Shown here piece by piece: positions 39,913-50,721 of a stretch of 64,000 nt of DNA. Under the pieces are notes generated by a model that saw only the letters and a list, made by a program, of their open reading frames with translations, ran no database searches and had not been told where the DNA came from. A program made the translations under genes and the position numbers. Within the stretch, counting starts at the first letter, position 1; every line of letters starts with the position of its first letter. The DNA is from an uncultured Candidatus Binatia bacterium (GTDB lineage Bacteria; Desulfobacterota; Binatia; Bin18), in the NCBI GenBank assembly GCA_965200965.1, contig OZ241744.1, forward strand, positions 1,056,001-1,120,000, given 5' to 3'.

Positions 39913-40404
39913 ATGGCACTACCGCAAGACATTACCCCGTTCAACAGCGAGATCATGGACTCGCTGGCCCGGACCGCAGACATGGACTGGATTCCCAATG
40001 AGGCCGACCCCGAACGCGCCTTTATGAAGGTGTTGTGGACCGGCTCGGAGTCGGGCAGCTGGGCGGTGCTGTTCCGCTGGCTCAAGGGCTATGCCGCGCC
40101 GCCGCATAAACACCTGAGCGCCTCCCACACCTTCATTCTGAAGGGCAAACTCCAGGTCCGCGATGGCGTCCTGAACGCCGGCGATTATGTGTACGAGCCC
40201 AACGGCATGATCCACGGGGCGACCACCGCTCTGGAAGACACCGAGTACCTGTTCATCTGCAACGGTCCGGTGCTGTTCTTTGGCGAGGACCAGTTCGAGG
40301 GCTATATCAGCTGGGAAGAACTCAAACGCGCCCAGGACACATTTGAGGCGTCCAAGCGACGCACCAAGCGGACCAAAAAAGTCCAGCGCAAAAGAGCGGC
40401 CTAG
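39913..40404 (+). CDS. ChrR/DAD-like cupin protein
   Basis: PPHKH...HTFILKG...YVYEPNGMIH. AAGGAGG RBS. Confidence 0.8.
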   Translation: MALPQDITPFNSEIMDSLARTADMDWIPNEADPERAFMKVLWTGSESGSWAVLFRWLKGYAAPPHKHLSASHTFILKGKLQVRDGVLNAGDYVYEPNGMIHGATTALEDTEYLFICNGPVLFFGEDQFEGYISWEELKRAQDTFEASKRRTKRTKKVQRKRAA

Positions 40405-40551
40405 CCGGCCGAGAGGCGATCCAACGGTCGCCTCTCCAGTATTCCGCGGTCTGCCGGGCCGCATGGCCGCGGCTCCATGCAGAGGCCGCCTCAGGAACCG
40501 GCCCGCTCTGACACGCCCGATAGCTGGCGTGAAGCCACCCCCTGGTGCGGC

Positions 40552-41289
40552 CTAGGACAGGCCCATCCCGCCGTCCACCAGCAGCATTTGGCCGGTCATG
40601 TATGAGGCCAGCGGCGAGGCCAGAAACAGGGCGATGCCGCCCATCTCTTCCGGCGTGCCCCAGCGGCGGAGCGGAATCTCGTTCAGGGAGTCTTCATAGC
40701 GACGCGGATGATTCCAGGTCACTTTGGTGATTCTGGTGGCGATCAGGCCCGGGGCGAGGCCGTTGACCCGAATGCCGTCACGCGCCCAGGCTTCGCCGAG
40801 TGTCATGGTCAGGGTCCGCAGCGCGCCCTTGCTGGCGCTATAGGCCGGATTGCCAAAGACGGCAAAAAAGCTCGCCCCCGAGCCGAGAATGATCACGCTG
40901 CCCCTGGTCTCCTTCAGCATGGGGTGAAACCTCATACAGCAGTTCATGACGCTCATAAGGTTCACGTCCAGGACTTTGCGGAAGTTCGGCATTGCAAACT
41001 CGGCCTGTTTGTACATCACCGTGCCCTGTGAGGCGACGAGCACGTCGAGCCGGTCAAACGGTGGCTGGAAAGCCTGGACCGTGTCGTCTTCCGACACGTC
41101 CAACTGGCAATAGTGCAAGCCGCTCAACTCTGAGCCGTCTTCGTCTTTATAGGCGTCGGCAGACGGCCGGGTGCCACACACATACACCTCCGCCCGGTGG
41201 TCTCGGAACTGCCGGGCAATCCCGTTGCCAATCCCGCTCGAACCGCCGATGACCAGAACCGTCTTGCCGCTGAAATCAAGCTCGTTCAT
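40552..41289 (-). CDS. SDR family oxidoreductase
   Basis: GGSSGIG, YSASK and IRVNGLAPG motifs. Confidence 0.92.
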   Translation of the reverse strand: MNELDFSGKTVLVIGGSSGIGNGIARQFRDHRAEVYVCGTRPSADAYKDEDGSELSGLHYCQLDVSEDDTVQAFQPPFDRLDVLVASQGTVMYKQAEFAMPNFRKVLDVNLMSVMNCCMRFHPMLKETRGSVIILGSGASFFAVFGNPAYSASKGALRTLTMTLGEAWARDGIRVNGLAPGLIATRITKVTWNHPRRYEDSLNEIPLRRWGTPEEMGGIALFLASPLASYMTGQMLLVDGGMGLS

Positions 41290-41410
41290 GTTGTCGCTAC
41301 CCATCTGTCAGTATATTTCAACCCTGCTTGGCTGAGGATGCTTTGTAGCATCAATGCTGGTATACACCAACACGGTCGAAAGCGCCGGACAAACGAGGAG
41401 GAACACACAC

Positions 41411-42322
41411 ATGCGTATCGGTATGATGATTGGTGAAGGCGCGGGGGAGAGCCCGCATCTGGACGAGGTGATCCAACGGGCGCAGCGGGCGGAGGCGGCC
41501 GGCCTGCACTCGGCCTGGCTGGCCCATGCTGTGTCGCACGATGCGATAGGCATGCTGGGGATCGTTGGACGCGAGACAAGCCGGATCGAATTAGGTACAG
41601 CCGTAGTGCCCACCTACCCGCGTCACCCGGTGGTCATGGCGCAACAGGCGCTGACCACCCAGGCGGCCAGCCAGGGACGCTTTACCCTGGGTATCGGCCT
41701 GTCCCATAAACTCGTGATCGAAGACATGTATGGCCTGAGCTACACCCGCCACCTCAGCCATATGCGCGAATACCTGGCGGTCATGAAGCCGATCCTGCGG
41801 GGTGAAGCCGTAAAGCACGAAGGCCAGGAGTACCGGGCCAAGGTGCATCTCAGCGTCCACGGGGCAAGCCCGGTGCCGGTCGTGCTGGCCGCCTTAGGTC
41901 CCAAGATGCTCGACTTTGCCGGTCGCGAGTCAGACGGCACGGTGACCTGGATGGCCGCTCAGAAAGCGCTGCGTGAACATGTCGTTCCGCGTATCACCAG
42001 CGCCGCCAAAGACGCCGGCAGACCGGCCCCCCGCGTGATTGCCGGAATGCCGCTGGCCATTACCGACGACCCCGCCAAGGCCCTGGAGGTGGCGGCCAGG
42101 GTGTTCGCCATCTATGGCGAGTTGCCGGCGTATCGGACGATGCTGGATCGCGGCGGCCTTGAGCGGCCGACCGAAGTTGCTCTGCTGGGTGAGGCGGCAA
42201 CAATCGCAGGAGAACTCAAGCGCCTCGAAGATATCGGCGTGACCGATCTGTGCGCCTTTGTCTTTCAGGCCGATGAGGGGGCGTTCGATCGCACGGTCGA
42301 TTTTCTGAGTTCGCTGTGCTGA
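41411..42322 (+). CDS. LLM-class oxidoreductase, probable F420-dependent (TIGR03564-like)
   Basis: ELGTAVVPTYPRHP, GRFTLGIGLSH and LAALGPKML motifs. Confidence 0.85.
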   Translation: MRIGMMIGEGAGESPHLDEVIQRAQRAEAAGLHSAWLAHAVSHDAIGMLGIVGRETSRIELGTAVVPTYPRHPVVMAQQALTTQAASQGRFTLGIGLSHKLVIEDMYGLSYTRHLSHMREYLAVMKPILRGEAVKHEGQEYRAKVHLSVHGASPVPVVLAALGPKMLDFAGRESDGTVTWMAAQKALREHVVPRITSAAKDAGRPAPRVIAGMPLAITDDPAKALEVAARVFAIYGELPAYRTMLDRGGLERPTEVALLGEAATIAGELKRLEDIGVTDLCAFVFQADEGAFDRTVDFLSSLC

Positions 42323-42382
42323 GCGCGTGAGACGCCCCGGGGGCAGACAGGTGGGTCGGCCCTCTGACCACCCTGCGCCAGC

Positions 42383-43237
42383 TTACACCGCGCCCTCGGG
42401 GGCCGGCCCGCTGCCCTGCACAATCCCCTCCATGCGCAGCCGTACCGCCCGCGTGGTCCACTCAGGATCGGCCATGATATAAAACCGGTCTTGTCGAATG
42501 CCCTGGACCGTAATCTCGGCCACCTGTTGGGGCGTCATGCCGGTTTCCTGCAGACGCTCGTGGCGGGTCTGACGCCGGTGAATCAGGGCAGCCTGGGCCT
42601 CTTCGTCGCGCGGCACCAGCATCTCATGGGGGCGGTTGCGGTCGGCGTACAGAATATTTGTCGCGGTTGCCCCGGGCACTAACAGGGCGGCTCTGAGTTG
42701 CGAGCCCGCCGCCCGCAGGTCGTAGTGCAGGCCCTCGGTCATGCGAGTCACCGCGTGTTTGGTGACGCCGTACACCGAGCTGGTACCGGTCGTCAGGCCC
42801 ACCACCGAGCTCGTATTGAGAATCAGGCCCTCCTCATCCCGATCGATCATGCGCGGCACAAAGGCCTGCATCGCGTACAGCACGCCGTACAGATTGACCG
42901 CCATGATCCACTCCCAGTCCTGGGCGGGGACTTCCCAGATAGGGCCTAGCCCGCCAGACACACCGGCGTTGTTACACACGAGATGCACTTGGCCAAAAGC
43001 CTCAAAGGCCCGGTCGGCCAGGGCAAAGACGGACTCCCGGTGTGAGACATCGGTCTTGACCGCCGTCACCGGCGTGCCGGCCTGCCGCAGCTCCTTCTCC
43101 ACCTCCAGCAAGGCCGCCTCTTCGATATCGGCCAGCACCAGCTTCATGCCCTCCTGAGCAAATCGTCGGGCCAAACCCTGGCCAATGCCGCTCGCCGCTC
43201 CGGTAATAACCGCCACCTTGTCTGCGAAGTCCTGCAT
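42383..43237 (-). CDS. SDR family oxidoreductase
   Basis: TGAASGIG, NNAGV and YGVTK motifs. Confidence 0.92.
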   Translation of the reverse strand: MQDFADKVAVITGAASGIGQGLARRFAQEGMKLVLADIEEAALLEVEKELRQAGTPVTAVKTDVSHRESVFALADRAFEAFGQVHLVCNNAGVSGGLGPIWEVPAQDWEWIMAVNLYGVLYAMQAFVPRMIDRDEEGLILNTSSVVGLTTGTSSVYGVTKHAVTRMTEGLHYDLRAAGSQLRAALLVPGATATNILYADRNRPHEMLVPRDEEAQAALIHRRQTRHERLQETGMTPQQVAEITVQGIRQDRFYIMADPEWTTRAVRLRMEGIVQGSGPAPEGAV

Positions 43238-43271
43238 GTCGCGCGCTCCTGTTCAGCAATTGCCGCTATCC

Positions 43272-44033
43272 TCAGGCCCAGAGCTGGTCAAGAAAGGTGC
43301 CGAACTCGCGATTGAAGACCGCCGCCCGCTCGATATTGGCCGCGTGTCCCGCGTTGGCCAGGGTCAGTTTTTTTGCGTGGGGAATTTTCGCCGCCATATA
43401 CTCGGTCGCGGCCAGGAAGGGCGTGTCGCGGTCGCCGCTCATCACCAACGTTGGGACCTCCACCGACCCGAGCGCATTCATGACCCGGGCGTCGTGCTGG
43501 GTCAGGATGCCACGGGCGGCATGGGCCAAGCCCTGGGCCGAGCGGTGCGCACCGGCCCGGACCTCGGGACTCCGCCCGAGCGCCCCAAGTCCCCTCTCCT
43601 CAAACGCGTCGGCAAAAGACCGTGCGTGCTGATTCCACGCCTCACGCGCCACGTCTTTGCGAAAGCCGGGCCCCGTGCCGAGCAGCATCAGGCCCTTCAC
43701 CCGCTCTGGATGGGCGCAATAGAACGCGAGCGACAGATAGCCGCCGAGGGAGTGCCCGCCCAGCACCGCCCGCTCAACGCCCCCGGCGTCCAGCACGGCG
43801 AGCATATCAGCCACCGACAGGGCCTCAGAATACGCTGCCGGCTCAGCCGGGCTGTCCGACTGACCGTGCCCCCGCAGGTCCCAGGTGATGAGTTGATAGC
43901 ACTCGGACAGGGCTTCGAGCTGCGGCTTCCAGGCGGCGGTCGTGGCACTGAAGCCGTGCGTCAGCAGCACGGCCGGTCCTGAGCCGTGCGTTTCGTAATA
44001 AATATGGACTCCATCACGATCGAGAGTTGGCAT
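43272..44033 (-). CDS. Alpha/beta hydrolase
   Basis: LTHGF, WDLRGHG, GHSLGG and AGH motifs. Confidence 0.9.
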   Translation of the reverse strand: MPTLDRDGVHIYYETHGSGPAVLLTHGFSATTAAWKPQLEALSECYQLITWDLRGHGQSDSPAEPAAYSEALSVADMLAVLDAGGVERAVLGGHSLGGYLSLAFYCAHPERVKGLMLLGTGPGFRKDVAREAWNQHARSFADAFEERGLGALGRSPEVRAGAHRSAQGLAHAARGILTQHDARVMNALGSVEVPTLVMSGDRDTPFLAATEYMAAKIPHAKKLTLANAGHAANIERAAVFNREFGTFLDQLWA

Positions 44034-44197
44034 GACACGCCTCCGTTCAGAACAGGCCGCAATATGCTGGTCCCGGCATTGCATCACATTTGACCGACCA
44101 GGGAAACCGCTGAAGCCGAGGTGCCAGGGTCTGAGTTCTTCCGTCCAGCTACCAATCCCAGCCGGACTGTGGTATCAAAAACGTATCAGGAGGGACC

Positions 44198-44650
44198 ATG
44201 ATCGAGGTGAATGGGATGGCTCACGTCATTTTGACGGTGAGTGAGTGGGACCGTTGCCGGAGCTTCTACGAGGCATTGCTGCCCTTTCCGGGTCTCAAGC
44301 CAGCCTTCAGCGGCAAAGATATGATCTATTATGCAGGCGGTCGGACAGTGCTTGGAGTTGGCCGCTGTGCCGAGCCTTACGCCAAGGATCGATTTGTCCA
44401 GAACAGCGTCGGCCTGCACCATCTGAGCTTCCGGGCGCGGAGCCGGGCGGATGTGGATCAGGTGTACGCCTTCCTCCAGGACCAACACGCCACTATCGTC
44501 CATCCACCCGAAGAAGGTCCGTGGGCACCGGGCTATTACTCGGTGTTGTTTGAAGACCCGGTCGGCACCCGCCTTGAGGTGAACTCTGTTCCGGGCAAAG
44601 GGATTTTTGCCGCCGGAGCCGGTTTCAATCCGGCCGGGGAGTACCACTAG
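44198..44650 (+). CDS. VOC/glyoxalase family protein
   Basis: AHVILTV, GLHHLSFRA and YYSVLFEDPVGTRLE motifs. Confidence 0.88.
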   Translation: MIEVNGMAHVILTVSEWDRCRSFYEALLPFPGLKPAFSGKDMIYYAGGRTVLGVGRCAEPYAKDRFVQNSVGLHHLSFRARSRADVDQVYAFLQDQHATIVHPPEEGPWAPGYYSVLFEDPVGTRLEVNSVPGKGIFAAGAGFNPAGEYH

Positions 44651-44685
44651 GAGGAGAATCCCTGGCAGCCGACAGGGGTACTGAT

Positions 44686-45357
44686 ATGGAGGAGCAGGCG
44701 CGCTCAAGGCCGGCCATGCCATGCATCTCGGTCATCCTGCCAACCTTCGAGCGGGCCCACCTGCTGCCGCGCAGCATCGGCTCGGTCCTGGCCCAGACCT
44801 TGACCGACTGGGAGTTGCTGGTCATTGACGACGGCAGTACCGACAATACGGCCCGGCTCGTCCGGGGCTGGAGCCGCAAAACGGCTCGGATGCGCTATCT
44901 GCACCAGGCCAATCGGGGGGTCGGCGCAGCCCGTAATCTTGGTATTCAGCGCGCCCGCGGGCGCTATATCGCCTGTCTGGATAGCGATGATGAGTACTTC
45001 CCCAAGCACCTGGAAACGCGGCTCAGCCTGTTACGCCGCCACAATCTCGACCTGGTACAGGGCGGCGTCCGCGTCCTGGGGAAAGACTGGACGGTCGATT
45101 TTTTTGACCCCCAGCGGCTGGTCCGGCTGTCCGAGTGTGTGATTGGCGGGACCCTGTTTGGCAAACGGGAGGTGTTTGTGGCCCTGGGCGGGTTTGGCGA
45201 TCTCAGCTACGGAGAAGACCTTGACTTGTGGCTCAGAGCCCGGCGACGCTTCAAGGTAGCGACGTTTCCGAACCCAAGCACCTACTGTCTGCACGAAACG
45301 CCCGACAGCCTGCGGCTCACGCGCTACAAGGAATGGGCCGACCGGCAGGACGCCTGA
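44686..45357 (+). CDS. Glycosyltransferase family 2
   Basis: ISVILPT, DDGSTD, ARNLG, LDSDD and GED motifs. Confidence 0.9.
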   Translation: MEEQARSRPAMPCISVILPTFERAHLLPRSIGSVLAQTLTDWELLVIDDGSTDNTARLVRGWSRKTARMRYLHQANRGVGAARNLGIQRARGRYIACLDSDDEYFPKHLETRLSLLRRHNLDLVQGGVRVLGKDWTVDFFDPQRLVRLSECVIGGTLFGKREVFVALGGFGDLSYGEDLDLWLRARRRFKVATFPNPSTYCLHETPDSLRLTRYKEWADRQDA

Positions 45358-45366
45358 GATCCGCTC

Positions 45367-46065
45367 CTAGCCAAGGCTGGGGAGTCGGTCGCGCAGCGCG
45401 TAGACGCCGAGGTAAAACAGCGGCGTATCCAACACGGCAAAGACACATTTGAACGCGTAGGACGACAAGACCAGCGGGAGCAGCTTGGCGACCGAGTCAA
45501 TCTCTGGGCCAAGCCCGCCCGAGGCGTACAACACCGCCGAAATCAGGACGGTATCGACAAGCTGGCTCAGCAGCGTTGAGCCGTTGTTGCGCAGCCACAG
45601 ATATCGCCCCCGGGTCAGCGTCTTCCAGAAGTGAAAGAGTTGCACGTCAACCGACTGGGCCACTAGATAGGCGATCATCGACGCCGCCACATTCGGCTTC
45701 ATAAATGCGTAGACCTGCTCAAACGTTGCCGTGGCACCCGACACCCCGGCAGCGTCCGGCAGCGCATGGCCACCCCACATCAGGAAGAGCATGAAGAGAT
45801 TCATGCAGAAGCCGACCCACACCAACGCTTGGGCGCGCCGGCGGCCATACAGCTCGCTGATCAGGTCGGTGGCCAGAAAGGTAAACGGATAGGCTAACAG
45901 GCCGACCGGAATCACAAACCAGCCCAGATCAACAAACTTGGTGATGCCAACGATATTGCCCAGGGTCAGCGAGGTGAGAAAAACACCGGCCAGGAAGGAA
46001 TAGAAGACGTGGCTGGAATGGACCGACCAGGTCGAGGCGGTGGTCTCAAGCGGAGAGTCCGGCAT
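45367..46065 (-). CDS. yhhQ: Queuosine precursor transporter (YhhQ/VUT family)
   Basis: YPFTFLATDLISELYG, ASMIAYLVAQ, LWLRNNGST and SQLVDT motifs. Confidence 0.88.
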   Translation of the reverse strand: MPDSPLETTASTWSVHSSHVFYSFLAGVFLTSLTLGNIVGITKFVDLGWFVIPVGLLAYPFTFLATDLISELYGRRRAQALVWVGFCMNLFMLFLMWGGHALPDAAGVSGATATFEQVYAFMKPNVAASMIAYLVAQSVDVQLFHFWKTLTRGRYLWLRNNGSTLLSQLVDTVLISAVLYASGGLGPEIDSVAKLLPLVLSSYAFKCVFAVLDTPLFYLGVYALRDRLPSLG

Positions 46066-46151
46066 ACAAGCGGGACACACACAGACAAGCGGCAGTAGTT
46101 TGGCAAGCCGCCCGGACACAGGGTCCGGGCACGGCTCAGAGGCGCGGCTGG

Positions 46152-47288
46152 CTATTTGGCCGCAGCCTGCTGCTCGGCAAAGCGGACATCAATGTCAGTC
46201 GCAATTTTCTGGTGCGGGTTGTACCGGGGGACGAGGTGTTCCCCGATACGCCGAATGGAGCGCATAATGTACTGGTGCGGAATCCGGCCGGCCTGTTTGA
46301 AGAAGATGACCTGATCGAGCCCGCCCTGCTCAAATTTTTCGAGCTTGCGAGCGACCTCGTCCGGGTTGCCGACCGTAACCATCGGATGGTCTTTGATCTG
46401 CTGATCGTTCAGGTCGTTGGCGTCCGCGCCCAGATCAAACAACTGGCGCAGGTATTCGTAGGAGTACAGATTGTTCTTGGCCATCAGCGGCTCAAACAGC
46501 TTGGCGACATGGTGCAGGAACCAGCGCGCACCCTCAATCCCGGCCTGCTCTTCGTCCTTGCTCTCGGCCACATGACAGATGGCCACCCCGGCAAAACGGT
46601 CGTTGATGACCTTGCTGACCACATCGTTGCGGTCCTGGCAGGCGGTCCGGTAGATATCCACCGTCTTCTGGACCTGCTCCCAGTTGAAATTGAAGCTGAG
46701 CACGCCAAGCCCACGGTTGGCGGCCATCTCGTAGCTGTCCGGGGCCACACAGGCCATCCACATCGGCGGGTGCGGCTCCTGTATCGGCTTGGGCACGACC
46801 ATCCGGGGCGGAACGCTGATCGTCTCGCCCTCGTATTCGAGAATCTCGTCGGTCCAGGCTTTGACAATCACATCAAGCGCTTCCCGGACTTCGAGGCGGG
46901 TGCGCTCATAATCTACCCCGAAGCCGTCCAACTCCTGGGCGGTAGTCGAGCGACCGGTACCGAGGTCCATGCGGCCGTTGCTCAGAATATCGAGCACTGC
47001 GGCCTGCTCAGCCACCTTGATCGGATGGTTGAAACGATGGGGCAGCAGGCGCACACCGTGGGCGATGCGGATATTCTTGGTCCGCTGCGAGACGGCCCCG
47101 TAGAACACCTCGGGCGCTGGGCTGTGGGAGTATTCTTCCAGAAAATGGTGCTCAACCTCCCACACATAGTCAAAACCGACTCTGTCGGCCAACTCAACCT
47201 GGGCCAGGGCCTCGTGGTACACATTATAGCTGCTGTGTTTGTTCCACGGCCGGGGGGTTTCCATTTCGTACAAAAGACCAAATTGCAT
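46152..47288 (-). CDS. LLM-class flavin-dependent oxidoreductase
   Basis: GFDYVWEVEHHFLEEYSH and LDILSNGR motifs. AAGGAGG RBS. Confidence 0.92.
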   Translation of the reverse strand: MQFGLLYEMETPRPWNKHSSYNVYHEALAQVELADRVGFDYVWEVEHHFLEEYSHSPAPEVFYGAVSQRTKNIRIAHGVRLLPHRFNHPIKVAEQAAVLDILSNGRMDLGTGRSTTAQELDGFGVDYERTRLEVREALDVIVKAWTDEILEYEGETISVPPRMVVPKPIQEPHPPMWMACVAPDSYEMAANRGLGVLSFNFNWEQVQKTVDIYRTACQDRNDVVSKVINDRFAGVAICHVAESKDEEQAGIEGARWFLHHVAKLFEPLMAKNNLYSYEYLRQLFDLGADANDLNDQQIKDHPMVTVGNPDEVARKLEKFEQGGLDQVIFFKQAGRIPHQYIMRSIRRIGEHLVPRYNPHQKIATDIDVRFAEQQAAAK

Positions 47289-47444
47289 GTGAACCTCCTT
47301 ATATGTTGCAGATACGGCTTTTGGCTCGGGCTGTAGTTTGCCTGGATCAGACGCACATATCCAGCCCTCTTTCTCCACCGACGCCTGCGGTGGCAGAGTG
47401 CAGGGGCAAGAGATGAGGAGGGCGAGATGGAGAGAGCGAAGCCC

Positions 47445-49260
47445 ATGCAGACGGTGGTGTTGCTGGCGGCCCTGGTTGTCGGCATCCGGCTTGCCGCCGC
47501 GGCCCAAGCCTTGCCTTCCCTGCCACGGCCTGCCGCCTATGGCGACTACGCCGTAGGCGTAGCCACCGGCTTCGCCGCTGACAACCGGCAGCGCTTTGAT
47601 CCCTGGAACAGTGCCTATGGCCGGCCCGCATACCGCGCCCTGCTGCGCCGGGTAGAGGCTGCCGGGCAGACCCGCACGGTCGTGTTTCAGCTATGGTATC
47701 CGGCACCGGCAGACACGGCCCGGGGACGGCTGGCCGGGCCGCGCTCGCCCTTCCCGGCGCTCAGCGGCCGGCGCGCAAACTACTTTGACTTCTATTTTCA
47801 GGACGGCGACATGGCCCGGCAACTCGGCACCGCGGCGCAGGTCGTGCCGCCCGAGTTCATCCACCTGCGCGGCGACGACATTCTGGCCGAGGCCGACGCC
47901 ACAACCCGGCGGGCGGCCCTTGACGACATCGCCCAGCGAATTCTCAATACGCCGCGCGGTGCCTACCAGGACGCCCGGGCCGCGCAGGGCAAGTTCCCGC
48001 TGGTCCTCCTCGCCCACGGGCTGGGCGGCAACCACGGCATGTGGAGTTCGCTGGGCGAGTTTCTGGCCTCGCACGGCTATGTGGTGGCGGCCCCCACCTT
48101 TATTTCTGACGGCAGCCTGCCGGTGGTGTTTCACGACGAAGACTCCCCGTTTGCCAAACAGGTCTCACCAGAGGAGCTGCAACAGGCCTATGAACTGCTC
48201 CTGGGCGAGGTCAAGGTCGTCCCCTATTTTTACCGCCTCCTGTTCGGACAGCAGGGCGAGGGGTTTACGCCGCCGGAGGGCTTTGACCCGGCCACGGCGA
48301 CACTTGTCCCCCGCGGCGTGGAGCGGACCACCACCATGATGCGCAACCTGTTCCGCCAGCGGGTGGCCGATGTGGGGCTGGTGCTGTCCACCGTGCGCCT
48401 GCTCGGCGCGGACAAGGACACCTGCCGGACCGCTTTGGCCGTCATGGGCGCGACGAGCGCCGCCCGGAACCTGTGTGGGCTGCTGGCGGGGCGCGTTGAC
48501 GGCGGGGCGGTGGGCGTGGCCGGCCACTCCTTGGGCTCCATGACGGCGCAGCTAGCGGCCAACCACCTGCCTGGCGTCAGCGCGGCCCTGGGGCTGAACA
48601 ACGCCCCGCCCTTCTCCTGGACGCCCGAGGAAATGTTCGGCGCTGGCACGACGCGGGACGGCCTGCCGATTGGCAGCCATGCGCCTCTGCTACTGCTGGT
48701 TGGCGACGAGGATGACTTTGTCCAGGGGATATTCATCGGTCTGTTTCAGTCGGCGGTGGCCCGGGCCGGGGGCGACCCCTCCCTGGCCTTTCCTCTGGCC
48801 GCGGAGCGCGTCGCCCCGGATCGGCTGGAAAACCCGCAGCCGGTCGCGCTGAGCGCCTGGCAGCGCGCCACCTCTGAGCGCATGCTGGTGATTGTCCGCA
48901 ATACCGACCACGGCACCCTGGCCGAGGACTTTGCCCGGCTCTTCCCCTGGCCGCAATTCCAGGAGGGAGAGCTGCCCTTTGGCCAGACCCCGGAGCGTAC
49001 CCGCAAGCCCACGGGCGAGCAGGCCTTCGGCCAGCCGGGAGAGGTCGGAGAATCGTACACCCAGCTGGGTTGGGCCACAGTTGGTAAGGCCGGCCAAGTC
49101 TATCTGCCCCACCTGATCCGGGACTGGTATGTGCTGACATGGTTTGACTGGCACCTCAGGAAAGACCTCGAGGCCGGCCGCCGGCCGCGCGGCAAGGACC
49201 CGTTCAGAGCCATGACCGCGGTGCGCCGCCAGTACGCCAGGGAGTGTGTTGAGGCCGGTT
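47445..49260 (+). CDS. Secreted alpha/beta hydrolase (PAF-acetylhydrolase/dienelactone hydrolase-like); stop apparently lost, end approximate
   Basis: Signal-peptide-like N-terminus, FQLWYPA, FPLVLLAHGLGG, LASHGYVVAAP and GHSLG. The frame stays open to 50732, antisense to the P450. Confidence 0.7.
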
Positions 49261-49313
49261 TTGCCCCGTCCGCTACCGTCCACGGTGACAGGGGTGCGCC
49301 GGTGTCCACGGCC

Positions 49314-50561
49314 TCAGAAGACGACCGGCAGGTGCCGCAGCCCGCGCAGCGTTATCATTTCGCGCCATTCAACCCGGTCTGTTGCCAACCGCAGCCGCGG
49401 CATCCGCCGCAGCAGGGTCGTGATCGCCAACTGGGCTTCAACCCGTGCCAGGGGCGCGCCCAGACAGTGGTGGATACCGTGGCCGAAGGTGATATGCGGG
49501 TTGTCCTGACGGGTGATATCGAGCCGGTCGGGTGCGGCAAACTGCGCCGGGTCATGGTTGGCCGCGCCGAGCACAATCAAGACCTGCTGGTTTTGCTGAA
49601 TACGCTTGCCGCCAATTTCGATCTCGCCAAGCGCAACCCGGGCCGTCATCTGCACCGACCCGTCGTATCGCAGGAACTCCTCAACCGCGGTCCGAATCAG
49701 GCCGGGGGCGGCCCCGAGTCTGGCCAACTGCTCGGGATGCCGCAACAGGGCCAGCAGCCCGTTGCCAATCAGATTCATCGTCGTCTCATGGCCAGCCGCA
49801 AACAGGAGGATGATGTTGGACAGCAACTCGTCTTCGCTCAGCCGGTCGCCGGCCTCTTCAGCCGCGATCAGGCTACTGAGCATATCCTGCCGCGGCCGAG
49901 CCCGCCGCTCAGCGATCAGGCGGATAAAATAGGCCACAAAGGACTCGGTCGCGCTGTTAGCGGCCTCGATGATTTCGGGCGTAACAACCGGGTCAAGCGA
50001 GCGGGCCAGCGTCCCGGTCCAGTCTTTGAACTGCTCCCGGTCTTCAAGCGGCACGCCAATCAGTTCGGCAATCACAATGACCGGCAGCGGAAAAGCCAGC
50101 TCACCAATAATGTCGCAGCCGCCCCTGGCTGCTACCCGGTCCAGCAACTCGTCAACAATCGTCTGGATATGGGGCCGCATGGCCTCTACCACTCGCGGGG
50201 TAAACGCCTTGGTCACCAGTTTGCGCAGCCGGGTGTGATCGGGCGGGTTTCTGAACAGCATCCATTGCTGCTCCATATCCGCGGCCGGCCCCTGCCCGCC
50301 GAGGGCTTCGACATAATCGTTATAGCGCTCCCAGTCACGCGGATTAGCGCTGGCCTTGGAATGGCGCAACACACGCACACAGTCGGCATAGCGGGTCAAT
50401 ACCCAGAAGTTGAAGGTGTCGCTCCAGTGTACCGGGTCAGCCTGGCGCAACTGCCGATACAAGCGGTAGGGATTGTCCCGGAACTCGGGCACAAAAGGAT
50501 TGAACTCAACCGGGCTGGCCGGGGGTCGTGCTTCGTCGGTCGGGGGCTGCGCATCGGTCAT
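49314..50561 (-). CDS. Cytochrome P450
   Basis: PPDHTRLR, AGHETT, EEFLR and the FGHGIHHCLG heme-thiolate motif. Confidence 0.95.
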   Translation of the reverse strand: MTDAQPPTDEARPPASPVEFNPFVPEFRDNPYRLYRQLRQADPVHWSDTFNFWVLTRYADCVRVLRHSKASANPRDWERYNDYVEALGGQGPAADMEQQWMLFRNPPDHTRLRKLVTKAFTPRVVEAMRPHIQTIVDELLDRVAARGGCDIIGELAFPLPVIVIAELIGVPLEDREQFKDWTGTLARSLDPVVTPEIIEAANSATESFVAYFIRLIAERRARPRQDMLSSLIAAEEAGDRLSEDELLSNIILLFAAGHETTMNLIGNGLLALLRHPEQLARLGAAPGLIRTAVEEFLRYDGSVQMTARVALGEIEIGGKRIQQNQQVLIVLGAANHDPAQFAAPDRLDITRQDNPHITFGHGIHHCLGAPLARVEAQLAITTLLRRMPRLRLATDRVEWREMITLRGLRHLPVVF

Positions 50562-50721
50562 GGGACACTCCCTCCTTCGGGCACGACTGTAGAATACCGC
50601 CGGCCCTGGATCAAGGCAGATAGCGGCTTGCCTTTTGGGGCGGAATTTTATAGGTGGGGCAAAGACGGCACCTGCACAGGAGCAAGGCCGGACCAGGGCC
50701 GGAGCCGCAAGGAGGAAAACC

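Noticed and set aside
44686-46065. GT2 plus YhhQ as a queuosine glycosylation system
   Set aside because: The genes are convergent and adjacency is the only evidence.
46066-46151. preQ1 riboswitch upstream of yhhQ
   Set aside because: The gap is short and GC-rich, with no preQ1 stem or A-rich tail.
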